From NCBI GenBank assembly GCA_027319585.1, contig DAHVMY010000001.1, positions 6,192 to 70,191 on the forward strand: a stretch of DNA of 64,000 nucleotides, given 5' to 3'. The stretch's first letter is position 1. Each line of letters begins with the position of its first letter. Source of the stretch: Candidatus Dormiibacterota bacterium (GTDB lineage Bacteria; Chloroflexota; Dormibacteria; Aeolococcales; Bog-877). Shown here piece by piece: positions 46,829-55,881 of this stretch. The position numbers and the translations under genes were made by a program. The notes below the pieces were generated by a model that did not search any database, was not told the origin of the DNA, and was given only the letters and a program-made list of their open reading frames with translations.

Positions 46829-47961
46829 TCCAGCGCAGAAAGACCCGCCCCATCAAGGTGGGCTCGGTTGTGATCGGGGGAGCGGCCCCGATCTCGGTCC
46901 AGACCATGACCAAGACCCCGACCGAGGATGTGCAGGGGACCTTGGCGCAGATCGGCCGGGCCGCCGACGCGGGGGCGGACATCATCCGCGTAACCTGCGA
47001 CACCGAGGAGGCCGGCCTGGCGCTCAAGCAGATCGTCAAGGAGAGCCCGCTTCCCATCGTGGCCGACATCCATTACGACGCCCCCCTGGCGCTGATGGCG
47101 CTTGACGCCGGCATCCAGTGCCTGCGGCTCAATCCCGGAAACATCCGCCAGAAGGAGAAGATCGCCGAGATCGCTCGGCGCTGCCAGGAGCTGGGGGTGC
47201 CGATTCGCATCGGTGTCAATGCCGGCAGCCTGCCGGATCGCAAGGCCCTGGCCCGGGGCCGCGGTGAAGGCGGTCCGGATGACGTCGCCCAGCGGATGGT
47301 GGATGCCGCCATGGGCCACCTGCGGATCCTTGAGGAGCTCGGCTTCCAGGACATCAAGGTCAGCCTCAAGGCCAGCGACGTTCTCACCAACGTCGCCGCC
47401 AACCGTCTCTTTGCGAGTCTGCCGAATCGCTACCCCCTGCACCTCGGACTGACCGAGGCTGGACCCACCTCGACCGGGGCCCTCAAGAGCGCCATGGGTA
47501 TCGGCATCCTGCTGGCGGAGGGCATCGGAGACACGATTCGAGTCTCCCTGGTGGACCAGCCCGAGGAGGAGGTTAGGGTGGCCCGCCAGATCCTGGCCAA
47601 TCTCCAGGAGAAGCCCACCGGCCCCAACCTGGTGGCGTGTCCCACCTGCGGGCGGCTGGAGATAGACATGATGCCGATGGTGGCCAGGGTGGAGCAGGCG
47701 CTGCAGCGCGTCAAGCGGCCGATCACGGTGTCGGTGATGGGCTGCGTGGTCAACGGACCGGGCGAGGGCATGCATGCGGACATCGGGATCGCTGGTGGCC
47801 GTCAGAAGGGGATCCTGTACCGCAAGGGGAAGGTGATCTCGACGATGCCGGAGGCGGACTTGGTCGATACCCTGGTGCGGGAGCTGGACCGCATCGCCAC
47901 CGAGGACGCTGAGCTGATCGCGGCCGGAAAGGAGCTTCCGCAGGGACTTCCGGAAGGCTGA
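46825..47961 (+). CDS. ispG: 4-hydroxy-3-methylbut-2-enyl diphosphate synthase
   Basis: MIQRRKTRPIKVGSVVIGGAAPISVQTMTKT and CPTCGR. ATGA overlap with rseP. In the frame of ORF 46363. Confidence 0.93.
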   Translation: MIQRRKTRPIKVGSVVIGGAAPISVQTMTKTPTEDVQGTLAQIGRAADAGADIIRVTCDTEEAGLALKQIVKESPLPIVADIHYDAPLALMALDAGIQCLRLNPGNIRQKEKIAEIARRCQELGVPIRIGVNAGSLPDRKALARGRGEGGPDDVAQRMVDAAMGHLRILEELGFQDIKVSLKASDVLTNVAANRLFASLPNRYPLHLGLTEAGPTSTGALKSAMGIGILLAEGIGDTIRVSLVDQPEEEVRVARQILANLQEKPTGPNLVACPTCGRLEIDMMPMVARVEQALQRVKRPITVSVMGCVVNGPGEGMHADIGIAGGRQKGILYRKGKVISTMPEADLVDTLVRELDRIATEDAELIAAGKELPQGLPEG

Positions 47962-48040
47962 CCGGCGCTTCGTCCCCGCTTCTACATGGTCTGGTTGGCC
48001 CAGGTGAGGCAGCGTTCGGTGGCGGTTTGGAGCTGGCTTA

Positions 48041-48364
48041 GGCAGCTACGGACCGGCCGCGACACGCCCAGCGGACTACGACCGCGTCTTCGACCCTGGC
48101 ATCCCGAGCCAGACCGCGCCAGTCCTGCCGGCGGGCTCCGCCGGGCTCCTGGGAGAAGTGGAAATAGAGTCCCCGCGGCCGGTGGTGCACCGGCGATTTC
48201 AGCAGCAGGATGTCGGCGCGTTCGACCGCGCCCAGAGGATCCCAGCCGTTCTGGAAGCAGTCCAGCAGTTCCGACCGGCGCTGTGGGTAGTACCTCGTGG
48301 CGGAGGCGACCCTGGTGTGATGGGGAATACGTGAAAGTGGTGGTGTGGATGGTCGCCGGTTCGG
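48041..48364 (-). other. Coding-like open frame (108 sense codons) directly in frame after the TGA stop of the amidotransferase; no ATG/GTG/TTG that would give more than 45 aa
   Basis: Codon-by-codon translation gives PNRRPSTPPLSRIPHHTRVASATRYYPQRRSELLDCFQNGWDPLGAVERADILLLKSPVHHRPRGLYFHFSQEPGGARRQDWRGLARDARVEDAVVVRWACRGRSVAA, followed by TAA at 48038-48040. The third codon position is strongly G/C-biased, as in neighbouring genes. Confidence 0.3.
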
Positions 48365-49141
48365 TCAGATGGGGACCGCCACCTCCGCGCTACCCAGAGT
48401 CCGCTCGGCCCGGACCTGCCGACACTCGCCCACAAAGGCGGTGAACAGCCGACGGGCAAACTCGTGCCCGGGCGCCAGCTCCTCCGGATGGAATTGGACG
48501 CCGATCAGGAACGGCCCGGCAACGGTCTCGATGCCCTCGATCAGATCATCCTCGGAGCGTGCACTCGCGACCAAGCATCGCCCCAACCGCTCGATCCCCT
48601 GATGGTGCAGGCTGTTGACCATGAAGCGGTGGCCGCCCAGGATGCCCTCCAGCCGGGACTCCCGATCCACCCGGAGCTCATGGACCAGTCGGTCTCGGGG
48701 GCCGTGGCGGGGATGCTCCAGCTGCGACGGACGCTGAGATGGGAGATCCTGGTACAGGGTGCCGCCCAGGGCGACGTTGATCACCTGCAGGCCGCGGCAG
48801 ATGCCGAGAATCGGGAGCTGCCAAGCTCTGGCCATGTCCAGCAGTTGAAACTCGAGGTCGTCGAGAAGCGGGTCCCACTGTGAGGTGGGATGGGGGGTTG
48901 CCCCGTAGCGGGTCGGATCGACGTCTTCGCCGCCCGGGAGCAGGAGGCCGTCCACCCATTCGAACAGTCCCTGCGGCACCTTCCCCAGGGGAACCAGGAG
49001 CGGCGCTCCCCCCGCCGCCTGGACCGCTTCTATGTAGGCTTGGTTCATCATCTGGATCGGCAGTCCCTGCCCCAGATCGGGGTCGTCTCTGACTCCCATC
49101 CGCGCGGGGATGAGGATCACCGGCGAGGTGGTGTCGAGCAC
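48365..49141 (-). CDS. Class I glutamine amidotransferase, peptidase C26 (gamma-glutamyl-GABA hydrolase-like)
   Basis: ILGICRGLQVINVALGGTL (nucleophile Cys) and GVQFHPE. Confidence 0.88.
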   Translation of the reverse strand: MLDTTSPVILIPARMGVRDDPDLGQGLPIQMMNQAYIEAVQAAGGAPLLVPLGKVPQGLFEWVDGLLLPGGEDVDPTRYGATPHPTSQWDPLLDDLEFQLLDMARAWQLPILGICRGLQVINVALGGTLYQDLPSQRPSQLEHPRHGPRDRLVHELRVDRESRLEGILGGHRFMVNSLHHQGIERLGRCLVASARSEDDLIEGIETVAGPFLIGVQFHPEELAPGHEFARRLFTAFVGECRQVRAERTLGSAEVAVPI

Positions 49142-49143
49142 GA

Positions 49144-50331
49144 TCAGCCGACTCGGGCAGGGGCGGCGGCGTCCACGAAGCTGGCGATTCTGCGGACCGC
49201 CTCCTCTATGTCGGGCAGCCCCTGGGTGTAGGCGAGCCGGATGAAGCCCTCCCCGCCTTGGCCGAAGGCCTCGCCAGCCAGGGCGGCGACGCCAGCCTCC
49301 TGGAGCAGCCGCCCGGCCATCTCGCGGCTGGACAGCCCGGTGCCGGTCACGTTCGGGAAGGCGTAGAAGGACGCTGCCGGCAGCAGGCAGTGGATCCCGG
49401 GGATCGAGTTCAGACCCTGGACCAGAGCGTCACGCCGCTGCTTGAACTCAGCCACCATCTTGGCAACCGACTGCTCGGACGTGGGCGACTCCAGCGCCTC
49501 CACCGCCGCCAGCTGGGTGAAGCTGGCCGCGCAGGAGCTGGTGTTGATCAGCAGGGTCTCCATGCGCTGGGCGAGGGGCTGGGGCATCACTCCGTATCCC
49601 AGCCTCCAGCCACACATCGCGTAGGTCTTGGACAGCCCGTCCAGCACGATCGTGCGCTCGGCCATTCCCGGGCGCGACCAGATCGGCTCCGGCAGCTCGG
49701 TGAAGCAGATCCGGGAGTAGATCTCGTCACTGAACACGACGAAGTCGTGGGCGATGGCGAGCTCCGCCAGCCGGTCGAGGTCCTCGCGGCTGAGGACCCC
49801 TCCGGTGGGATTCTGGGGGGAGTTGATGATCACCATTCGCGTCCGCGGGGTGATCAGTGCCTCCAGCTCCTCCAGGTCCATGCCGAACTCCCGATCCTCG
49901 CGGAGCCGGATCGGCCTGGCGACCGCCCCCACGAAGTCCGTGAGCGACCGGTACACCGGATAGCCGGGGTCGGGAAGGATCACCTCGTCGCCCTCCTCCA
50001 CCAGGCTGAGCAGGGCGAAATGAAGGATGTTCTTGGATCCGGGGACCACCACCACCTGGTCCGCGGTGACCGGAACCCCTCCCCGCCTGGCCATGGTCGC
50101 GGCTATCGCCTCTCGCACCTGGGGGATGCCGGCGGCCGGGGTGTAGTGGGTTGCCCCTGCCCGCATGGCGGAGTAGGCCGCCTCCACGATGTTCCCGGGG
50201 GTGTCGAAGTCCGGCTCGCCGATCTCCAGGTGGATGACCGACTTGCCGGTCGCTTCGAGCTTGCGCGCCTGAGCGAGCACCTCGAAGGCGCTTTCGGTCC
50301 CCAGACGGCCCATTCGACTTGCGAAGCGCAT
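49144..50331 (-). CDS. Pyridoxal-phosphate-dependent aminotransferase, class I (aspartate aminotransferase-like)
   Basis: LSKTYAMCGWRLGY (PLP lysine) and INSPQNPTG. Confidence 0.9.
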   Translation of the reverse strand: MRFASRMGRLGTESAFEVLAQARKLEATGKSVIHLEIGEPDFDTPGNIVEAAYSAMRAGATHYTPAAGIPQVREAIAATMARRGGVPVTADQVVVVPGSKNILHFALLSLVEEGDEVILPDPGYPVYRSLTDFVGAVARPIRLREDREFGMDLEELEALITPRTRMVIINSPQNPTGGVLSREDLDRLAELAIAHDFVVFSDEIYSRICFTELPEPIWSRPGMAERTIVLDGLSKTYAMCGWRLGYGVMPQPLAQRMETLLINTSSCAASFTQLAAVEALESPTSEQSVAKMVAEFKQRRDALVQGLNSIPGIHCLLPAASFYAFPNVTGTGLSSREMAGRLLQEAGVAALAGEAFGQGGEGFIRLAYTQGLPDIEEAVRRIASFVDAAAPARVG

Positions 50332-50378
50332 GACCTACCTCCCGCCCGCGCCCGGCCGAGGGCCGGGTCCAGGACCGA

Positions 50379-50870
50379 CTATGAGACCACCGTGATCTGG
50401 CCGAGCATGCCGAGGGTCTCGTGAGGGATGCAGAAGTACTTGTAGGTGCCGGCCACCGTGAACTTCAGGGAATAGCTGGCCCCCGGGTTGAGCGGGTGGT
50501 TCCAGCCGGTGGCGCCCGCGGGCAGCTCCGCGTCGGCGGGGTTGGCGGCGAGGGCCTTCTCGTCGGTGGTGGTGTGGAAGATGTTGCCGACGTTCTTCCA
50601 GGTGATCGTGCCGCCCACTTTGAGACAGACGGTCGCGGGCACGAACTTCAGGGCATTGGTCGCGTCCACCGTCACCGCGGTCTGGGCGTTGGCAGCGGTG
50701 CAGCCGCCAGAAGAGCTGGATGAGGTGCTGGTCGAGCTGGTGGAGGTCGAGGTCTGGGTGGAGCTCTGGCCCGGGATCGGCCCGGTGCCACACGCGGCCA
50801 GGAACACCGCGGACGCCACGGCCAGCGCGCCGAACAACATCGAGGGGCGGACAAAGGGCGGTCTGGTCAT
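50379..50870 (-). CDS. Cupredoxin (plastocyanin/pseudoazurin-like) lipoprotein with a Ser/Thr-rich linker
   Basis: Signal peptide plus lipobox (VFLAAC|G), linker SSTQTSTSTSSTSTSSSSSGG, and type-1 Cu ligands ...NIFHTT...YKYFCIPHETLGM. Confidence 0.88.
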   Translation of the reverse strand: MTRPPFVRPSMLFGALAVASAVFLAACGTGPIPGQSSTQTSTSTSSTSTSSSSSGGCTAANAQTAVTVDATNALKFVPATVCLKVGGTITWKNVGNIFHTTTDEKALAANPADAELPAGATGWNHPLNPGASYSLKFTVAGTYKYFCIPHETLGMLGQITVVS

Positions 50871-50937
50871 CGGTCCTCCTTGCAGCTCATCTGATCAGAT
50901 GCTACCGCGCCGCAATGGGGGTGCGGAATCGGGCCGT

Positions 50938-51498
50938 TCAGCAGGCGGCCCTCAGCCTTCCCGAGACCGCGTCCGCCGGCGGGACGGCGGACGCGGGGCT
51001 GACTCCCAGCGACTGCAGCGCCCAGTGCAGCCGGGCGTAGAAGCCGCGCGTGTGCGGTGAGCGTCCCAGCAGCAGCCCCCCAAAGTCGAAGTGGTGGAGC
51101 CACTCGTGGACCAAGGTGGTCGTGAAGGCCCCTGGGGCCAGGACCTGCTCGCGAATGGCGGTGCGATGGTAGATCCTGATCCCACACCGCTCCGGCGGCC
51201 TCCTCCCGCCCATGACCCGGCACCGGTAGTAACCATAGGTCTTCTGCACCAGTCGACCGGATGGGTCGGTGGAGTGGGTCTGCGCCCGGTCCGCGACGGT
51301 GAGCCGGGAGGTGGGCAGTCCGAAGCTCTCGTTGAGCAGCTCCAGGAGCGCTGACCCGATCCGCTCGCGCTCGTGGACGGTCTCGCTTGTCAGGAGCGCC
51401 TGGATCAGGATCTGTGCCCCGGCCGGTGGCAGGTGGGGAAGCCTCAGCACCTCCTGGCTCCGGCGGTAATCGGCTGGGGTGCACTTCGATCTCGGCAT
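50938..51498 (-). CDS. SprT-like / HExxH zinc-metallopeptidase-motif protein
   Basis: TLVHEWLHHFDF...SPHTRGFYARL. 186 aa. The family assignment is tentative. Confidence 0.6.
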   Translation of the reverse strand: MPRSKCTPADYRRSQEVLRLPHLPPAGAQILIQALLTSETVHERERIGSALLELLNESFGLPTSRLTVADRAQTHSTDPSGRLVQKTYGYYRCRVMGGRRPPERCGIRIYHRTAIREQVLAPGAFTTTLVHEWLHHFDFGGLLLGRSPHTRGFYARLHWALQSLGVSPASAVPPADAVSGRLRAAC

Positions 51499-51538
51499 GG
51501 TCGGCTAGAAGTTTAGGCGTGCCCCCCGCACCGGCTCT

Positions 51539-52930
51539 TCACCCATAGGCCAACAGTCCGGCGAATACGGACGTGGGCTCCTGGGGATAGGCCCGGACCC
51601 GGGGCAGCTCCCAGAGATTGCCTGAGGTCTCGGACCATGCGAAGCGTCCCAGCCAGTTGTCCTGGAGGCCTCCGACGTATCCCAGCTGGGCCAGCTGGGA
51701 GAAGAGCTGGTTCTGCCCCGGGCCGGTGGTGGCTGGAGAGGGGTACGGCCACAGCCCACTGTAGGAGATGAACTGAATGGGGTACCCGGTGATCCCCTCC
51801 AGCTTCGCGGCGGTCTGCCCGGCCAGGAACTGGATCTCGCTGTTGGACTGGCCCCAGAGCACGGTCCCGTCGTTGTAGGTGTGGTCCTCGACCCAGAACC
51901 CGTGGCTGGCCAGGTAGCTCAGCTCGTTGGCGGTCATGTAGTACTCCTGGCCATTCTTGATCCCGATGAGACCGCTGCAGGGGAGGAAGGTGGCGGTCAG
52001 ATGGTCGGCCTCCAGCACGGGCAGCGCGTACTGATACTCGTTGGCGAAGCCATCGTCAAAGGTGATCACCACCGGCTTGGCGGGAAGTGGCAGGCCATAC
52101 AGAAGGTAGTCGGCGAGCCTGACCAGGGAGATGCTCGAATAGCCCTCTTGAACCAGATAGCTCATCTCTGAGGAGAACTGGCCGGGCGGGACCGTCAGCC
52201 CGTAATCGATCTCGTAGCTGTACTGCGAGGTGTAGTGGCTGCGATCGGGGTAGGGGCCGACCAGGTGGTACATCAGGATGGGCACGGACGCGGTTCGGGC
52301 GGGGACACTCGCGGGCTCGATCACCGGTGCATCGATCGAGGCTGGGCCCGCTCCGACCACCTGCGGTGCCCGCGCGCCACCGCCTGGAGCCACGATGAGC
52401 TGCAGGTGGGTGTAGTCGGCGGCAACCCCGGCTGGTGTGACCTGGCCTGGCTCGCGGAAGGTCACCGACACCGGGATCGAGACGGCTCCTGCCACAGACA
52501 CCGAGGGATCTTCTCGGCTGTACCAGGTGGCCCCGCCATGCGGGTTGCCCAATCTGAACGCCACCACCCGGGAGGCTCCGGAGAATTTGGCGCTGAGCTC
52601 CTCGGTGCGGGCTTGGGCTGACGGCCACTGGGCCTGTGCGGCCGGCGCCAACTCCCGCCACTGCGCCATGTAGTCGCCCGCCACCAGCTGACTCATGAAC
52701 CGATCGGCCAAGACGGCCGCCGCTCGGATGGGGGAGAGGTCGGGCGTTGCGGAGCTCCTGAGGTGGGTGCGAGGGGGCGCTCCGCAGGCACTGACCACCG
52801 CCATAAGCAGACCCGTGGCCACGAGGGCCGAAGCCCTGGCGACCCGCGGCCGCAGCCCAGCGTGTCGTCGCGGCCGCGTCGGACTGGTCGATTGCGCCGC
52901 TGGGGGCGGGGTCCTGTGCAGCCGGATCAC
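51539..52930 (-). CDS. Polysaccharide deacetylase (CE4/NodB domain) with an N-terminal membrane anchor and extra domain
   Basis: VPILMYHLV...VVITFDDGFANEY...LPCSGL...HTYNDG. Confidence 0.85.
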   Translation of the reverse strand: MIRLHRTPPPAAQSTSPTRPRRHAGLRPRVARASALVATGLLMAVVSACGAPPRTHLRSSATPDLSPIRAAAVLADRFMSQLVAGDYMAQWRELAPAAQAQWPSAQARTEELSAKFSGASRVVAFRLGNPHGGATWYSREDPSVSVAGAVSIPVSVTFREPGQVTPAGVAADYTHLQLIVAPGGGARAPQVVGAGPASIDAPVIEPASVPARTASVPILMYHLVGPYPDRSHYTSQYSYEIDYGLTVPPGQFSSEMSYLVQEGYSSISLVRLADYLLYGLPLPAKPVVITFDDGFANEYQYALPVLEADHLTATFLPCSGLIGIKNGQEYYMTANELSYLASHGFWVEDHTYNDGTVLWGQSNSEIQFLAGQTAAKLEGITGYPIQFISYSGLWPYPSPATTGPGQNQLFSQLAQLGYVGGLQDNWLGRFAWSETSGNLWELPRVRAYPQEPTSVFAGLLAYG

Positions 52931-53665
52931 CGGGCCGTCCCGCTTGGTCGTGGGGGCGCCGGCCCAGCTCCGATCGCCGATGACCTTGGGGCAAGGCAGG
53001 AGAGTCCCCAGCCTGTCGCCATCACATGATCAGAACAACCGATCCAGCGGCCGCCGACTGTGAACGCTACATTCAGATGGCGGGCCGACATCGAAGGGGT
53101 CAACCTCCGCCCACGCCCGCTTCGGTGTCGCCGTGGGCCAAAGGTTTCCCACCCCACCCCATCGGTCCGTCGCCAGGCGTGGCAGCTACACGGTGGATCC
53201 GACCGCCGCGAATCTTGCCGCCGGTGGCGCCGAAGGCGGCTCGCGGCTGTCGGCTCTTCGTGGGAGACCACTGGCGGCCACCCCATGGCATCAGCGGCAA
53301 CGGGCCTCCCGGCGCAAGACTTCGCCGCGATCGCCATTCGCGCTCACCAGCCCATTTTCACACCGAGGCGCGCCTGGGACCTGGCGCGGTGATGACCGTC
53401 CCGCGCTCACGGCAGCCGTCCACCGCGGCCGCGGACTAGGTGGAGCGGCACCAGTCTCCTCAGCCTGGCGGTCTCGGCGAGCGGCCTGCGGAAATCGTCT
53501 GGGGGGCGTCGCCGGTGGCTCAGTCGTCGCCGGGGTCGGGCCTCTCAGCCCCTCCACCCCGTCCCCGTTTCGGATGCTCCGAGGTCACGATGAAGGGGAC
53601 GCAGCACATATCGCGACCCTCCTGCCCGTGACCCTGGCTCGCGACCGCTCCAGCTCGGTCCGCAG

Positions 53666-55003
53666 TCAGATGGCTGTATGGCTGCTCAAGACGACCATCC
53701 GTGCCGCCTCGCAGACCAGGTCACTACCCGTTTCTGGCTTGACTGGCATCAACCATCCAGTACCTGGCCCATGGCTTATCGGTGCCCACGAGACCTCGTA
53801 GCCGCCTCGGGCGAAATCCTCCTCGGCCGGGAGATACCCCACCCAGCCGCCCGTGTAGCCATTGAAGAAGGCGGGCTGGGTGGCGAACTGCGCCTCGAAG
53901 CTGACAGCGAGCTGGGTGAACGTCTCCATCGGCACGCCAACGAGGACTCCGGAGCCAACTCCCAGTCCCTGAACCTCGATCGGGATGGTGATCCGCACCT
54001 CGCCCGCCGCTCTGCGGTCCTCAACTGCGCGAAGCCACGGGGCTGGGTCGACGCCCCACTTGTCCATCGCCTCCTTCGCCAGTTGGCTAGCCTGTTGGCG
54101 ATCGGGCAGATCCTGCAGCTCGAGCCGGAACCAGGTCCGGGCTACCAGGAGTGGGAGCTCAGCGAGCGGGCCATTGCGGTTGGTGAGGGAAAGAGCCTCG
54201 GACCCGATGGTTGAGGCCGTATGAGCGAGGTCATCGTGAGTTCCTCGCCACCGGGGGTTGACATCTCCGGCCGAGCCGTTCACCACCAAAACCGGGCAGC
54301 CGACCTCGGGAGCAACGGCTCGCCGGACAGCACCCGGCCAGTCGGCTGAGATAAGCAGGTTGTCGGACTTGAGGACGTTGGCGTGTGCACTGTAACGAAC
54401 CACGACCGCAATCGGGTCGCCCGCAGCCGAAGCCACCTTCAGCACCCCCACTCTGGGATCCAGTGGGCCGTCGGCACGCGTTCCCATGAACGCCTGTCCT
54501 TCGGTCCCGATGGGGCGCCGGTTGACGCCGGCATCGGCCTTACCCACAGCCCAGCCTGCCACCGCCGGGGCCATTCGGTCCAGCGCCTCTTTCGCAGCTG
54601 CGCCAGCCCTGTCACAGAGAAGATCCAGATACGGTTGATCGGCCCGAGGTCCTGAGTGGGTGTGGGAGTAGCACACCATCGCGCCGGCCAGGCCGGAGCC
54701 ACAGGCAGTGGCTACGGCCCTACGCACGGCGGCAGTCTGGGGCACCGAGAGTCCGACATTGTCGACCGCGACAAGAACACCCCGTCGGAGGCCATCGTCA
54801 AGGACCAGCGCAGCCACCTCCAAGCGGTCTAGGACTCCAACGGAGACCCCTTCGCGGTGATAGCCCTCCAGAGGATAGCCCACCTCGGGGGTGATATCGG
54901 CGACTGCGGCGCCTGCTTGCAGAATCTGCGCCACCTCCCAGCACCGTAGAGTTCTCGGCCAGCGTAGCGGATGGCCGAGGTCGCGGTACGGGGCCCGAAA
55001 CAA
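53666..55003 (-). CDS. Neutral/alkaline ceramidase-like hydrolase
   Basis: AAVADITPEVGYPLEGY...LVLDDG...CYSHTHSGP resembles the N-terminal domain of the non-lysosomal ceramidase family. The start is possibly GTG 54934. Confidence 0.7.
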   Translation of the reverse strand: MFRAPYRDLGHPLRWPRTLRCWEVAQILQAGAAVADITPEVGYPLEGYHREGVSVGVLDRLEVAALVLDDGLRRGVLVAVDNVGLSVPQTAAVRRAVATACGSGLAGAMVCYSHTHSGPRADQPYLDLLCDRAGAAAKEALDRMAPAVAGWAVGKADAGVNRRPIGTEGQAFMGTRADGPLDPRVGVLKVASAAGDPIAVVVRYSAHANVLKSDNLLISADWPGAVRRAVAPEVGCPVLVVNGSAGDVNPRWRGTHDDLAHTASTIGSEALSLTNRNGPLAELPLLVARTWFRLELQDLPDRQQASQLAKEAMDKWGVDPAPWLRAVEDRRAAGEVRITIPIEVQGLGVGSGVLVGVPMETFTQLAVSFEAQFATQPAFFNGYTGGWVGYLPAEEDFARGGYEVSWAPISHGPGTGWLMPVKPETGSDLVCEAARMVVLSSHTAI

Positions 55004-55216
55004 CCGTAAGCACCGATACCGCTGCGAGCGTTGGTGGCGTCAGCTCTGCCTCGCCTGGTGATGGCGCGCACGGAGTGCGGTCGGTCAGCGGCGGACGCCT
55101 AGCTAACCTGGGTAACCGCCCGCCCCAGTCGCTTGCGCTCTTCGGGCCACGGCGGCAGAATGGCCCCATGACCGAATGGGGTCGCGTGCTCCAGGGGTCG
55201 GCAAGTCACCGGCCAG

Positions 55217-55504
55217 GTGCCGAATTTGGGATCACGGCGACGAAGGGATCGCGGTAGTCGGCCAATGAGCGATCCGAACGCGCGCAAGGTACCGACACTG
55301 CCCTTCATGGTCTCCGTTGGCCTCATCATGCCATCCGCGATGTTTGGGGCCGCGATTTTGTTGGACCGGTTTGTCTTCGGGGCACCGCTGTGGATCTTGG
55401 GATTTGTCGTAGGCACGCCGGTCGGGTGGGGGACTGGCCTGGGCGCTCTGCGCCTCTGGGCGGGAAGGCTTCCCCCAACCGTGTGGAGCGAGTCGGCTCG
55501 TTAG
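55217..55504 (+). CDS. Small two-TM membrane protein (AtpZ/AtpI-like pattern, tentative)
   Basis: GAAILLDRFVFGAPLWILGFVVGTPVG. The likely start is ATG 55265. Weak RBS. Confidence 0.45.
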   Translation: MPNLGSRRRRDRGSRPMSDPNARKVPTLPFMVSVGLIMPSAMFGAAILLDRFVFGAPLWILGFVVGTPVGWGTGLGALRLWAGRLPPTVWSESAR

Positions 55505-55798
55505 GCCCGGGAATCTCCGCCCGCCTGCTTATCAGGCCATCCGGAGTCGCTGACGCCGAAGGGTGGACCAGTGTGGTCCGTTAGTCGGTCGGACTGGGTC
55601 CAGGGTGTTGTCGGCGCTCTCAACCACCAGCCTGCCGAAAGCACCACTCCCTCCCAGGCCGCTCCACCAGATCGGAGGCGAACGCGTGGAGGCCAGGGTG
55701 AATGGCGCGGTGGGTTGCCGTCACGGTTGCCGTCAAGCGCATTTGGGTGGCGTCCAATCCGCTTGGCATCGGGGCTCGAATCGAGATCAAACTGGGGG

Positions 55799-55881
55799 TA
55801 CCGGGGATGGGATTCGAACCCATACGGACTTTCGTCCTACGGTTTTTAAGACCGCTGCGGCTACCATTACGCCACCCCGGC
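55799..55881 (-). tRNA. tRNA-Leu (anticodon UAA); CCA not encoded
   Basis: Reverse complement is GCCGGGGTGGCGTAATGGTAGCCGCAGCGGTCTTAAAAACCGTAGGACGAAAGTCCGTATGGGTTCGAATCCCATCCCCGGTA. It has anticodon loop CTTAAAA, a long variable arm, T arm ATGGG-TTCGAAT-CCCAT and a G1-U72 pair. Confidence 0.88.

Noticed and set aside
47986-48444. 152-aa plus-strand ORF in the ispG-amidotransferase gap
   Set aside because: The translation is Arg/Pro/Trp/Gly-rich nonsense. The opposite strand carries the much more protein-like frame reported as a finding.
53520-53609. 29-aa minus-strand ORF MCCVPFIVTSEHPKRGRGGGAERPDPGDD, considered as a Cys-rich leader or RiPP-like peptide
   Set aside because: It has no Shine-Dalgarno, there are no maturation, transport or cyclase genes nearby, and the second half is low complexity. 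An ORF this short is expected by chance.
55099-55118. ctagctaacctgggtaaccg resembles the AGCUAACCUCGUAAGCG segment of the ydaO (c-di-AMP) riboswitch
   Set aside because: The other conserved ydaO elements (the paired ACGGGG/CCGA pseudo-symmetric halves and the GGGGA...CCA motif) are not present in the flanks, so this is an isolated partial match only.
55505-55798. Region downstream of tRNA-Leu(UAA), and ORF 55620..55823(-), checked for an integrase remnant or att-site duplication that would mark a genomic island
   Set aside because: There is no integrase- or recombinase-like translation, and I found no direct repeat of the tRNA 3' end. The 67-aa ORF overlaps the tRNA itself.
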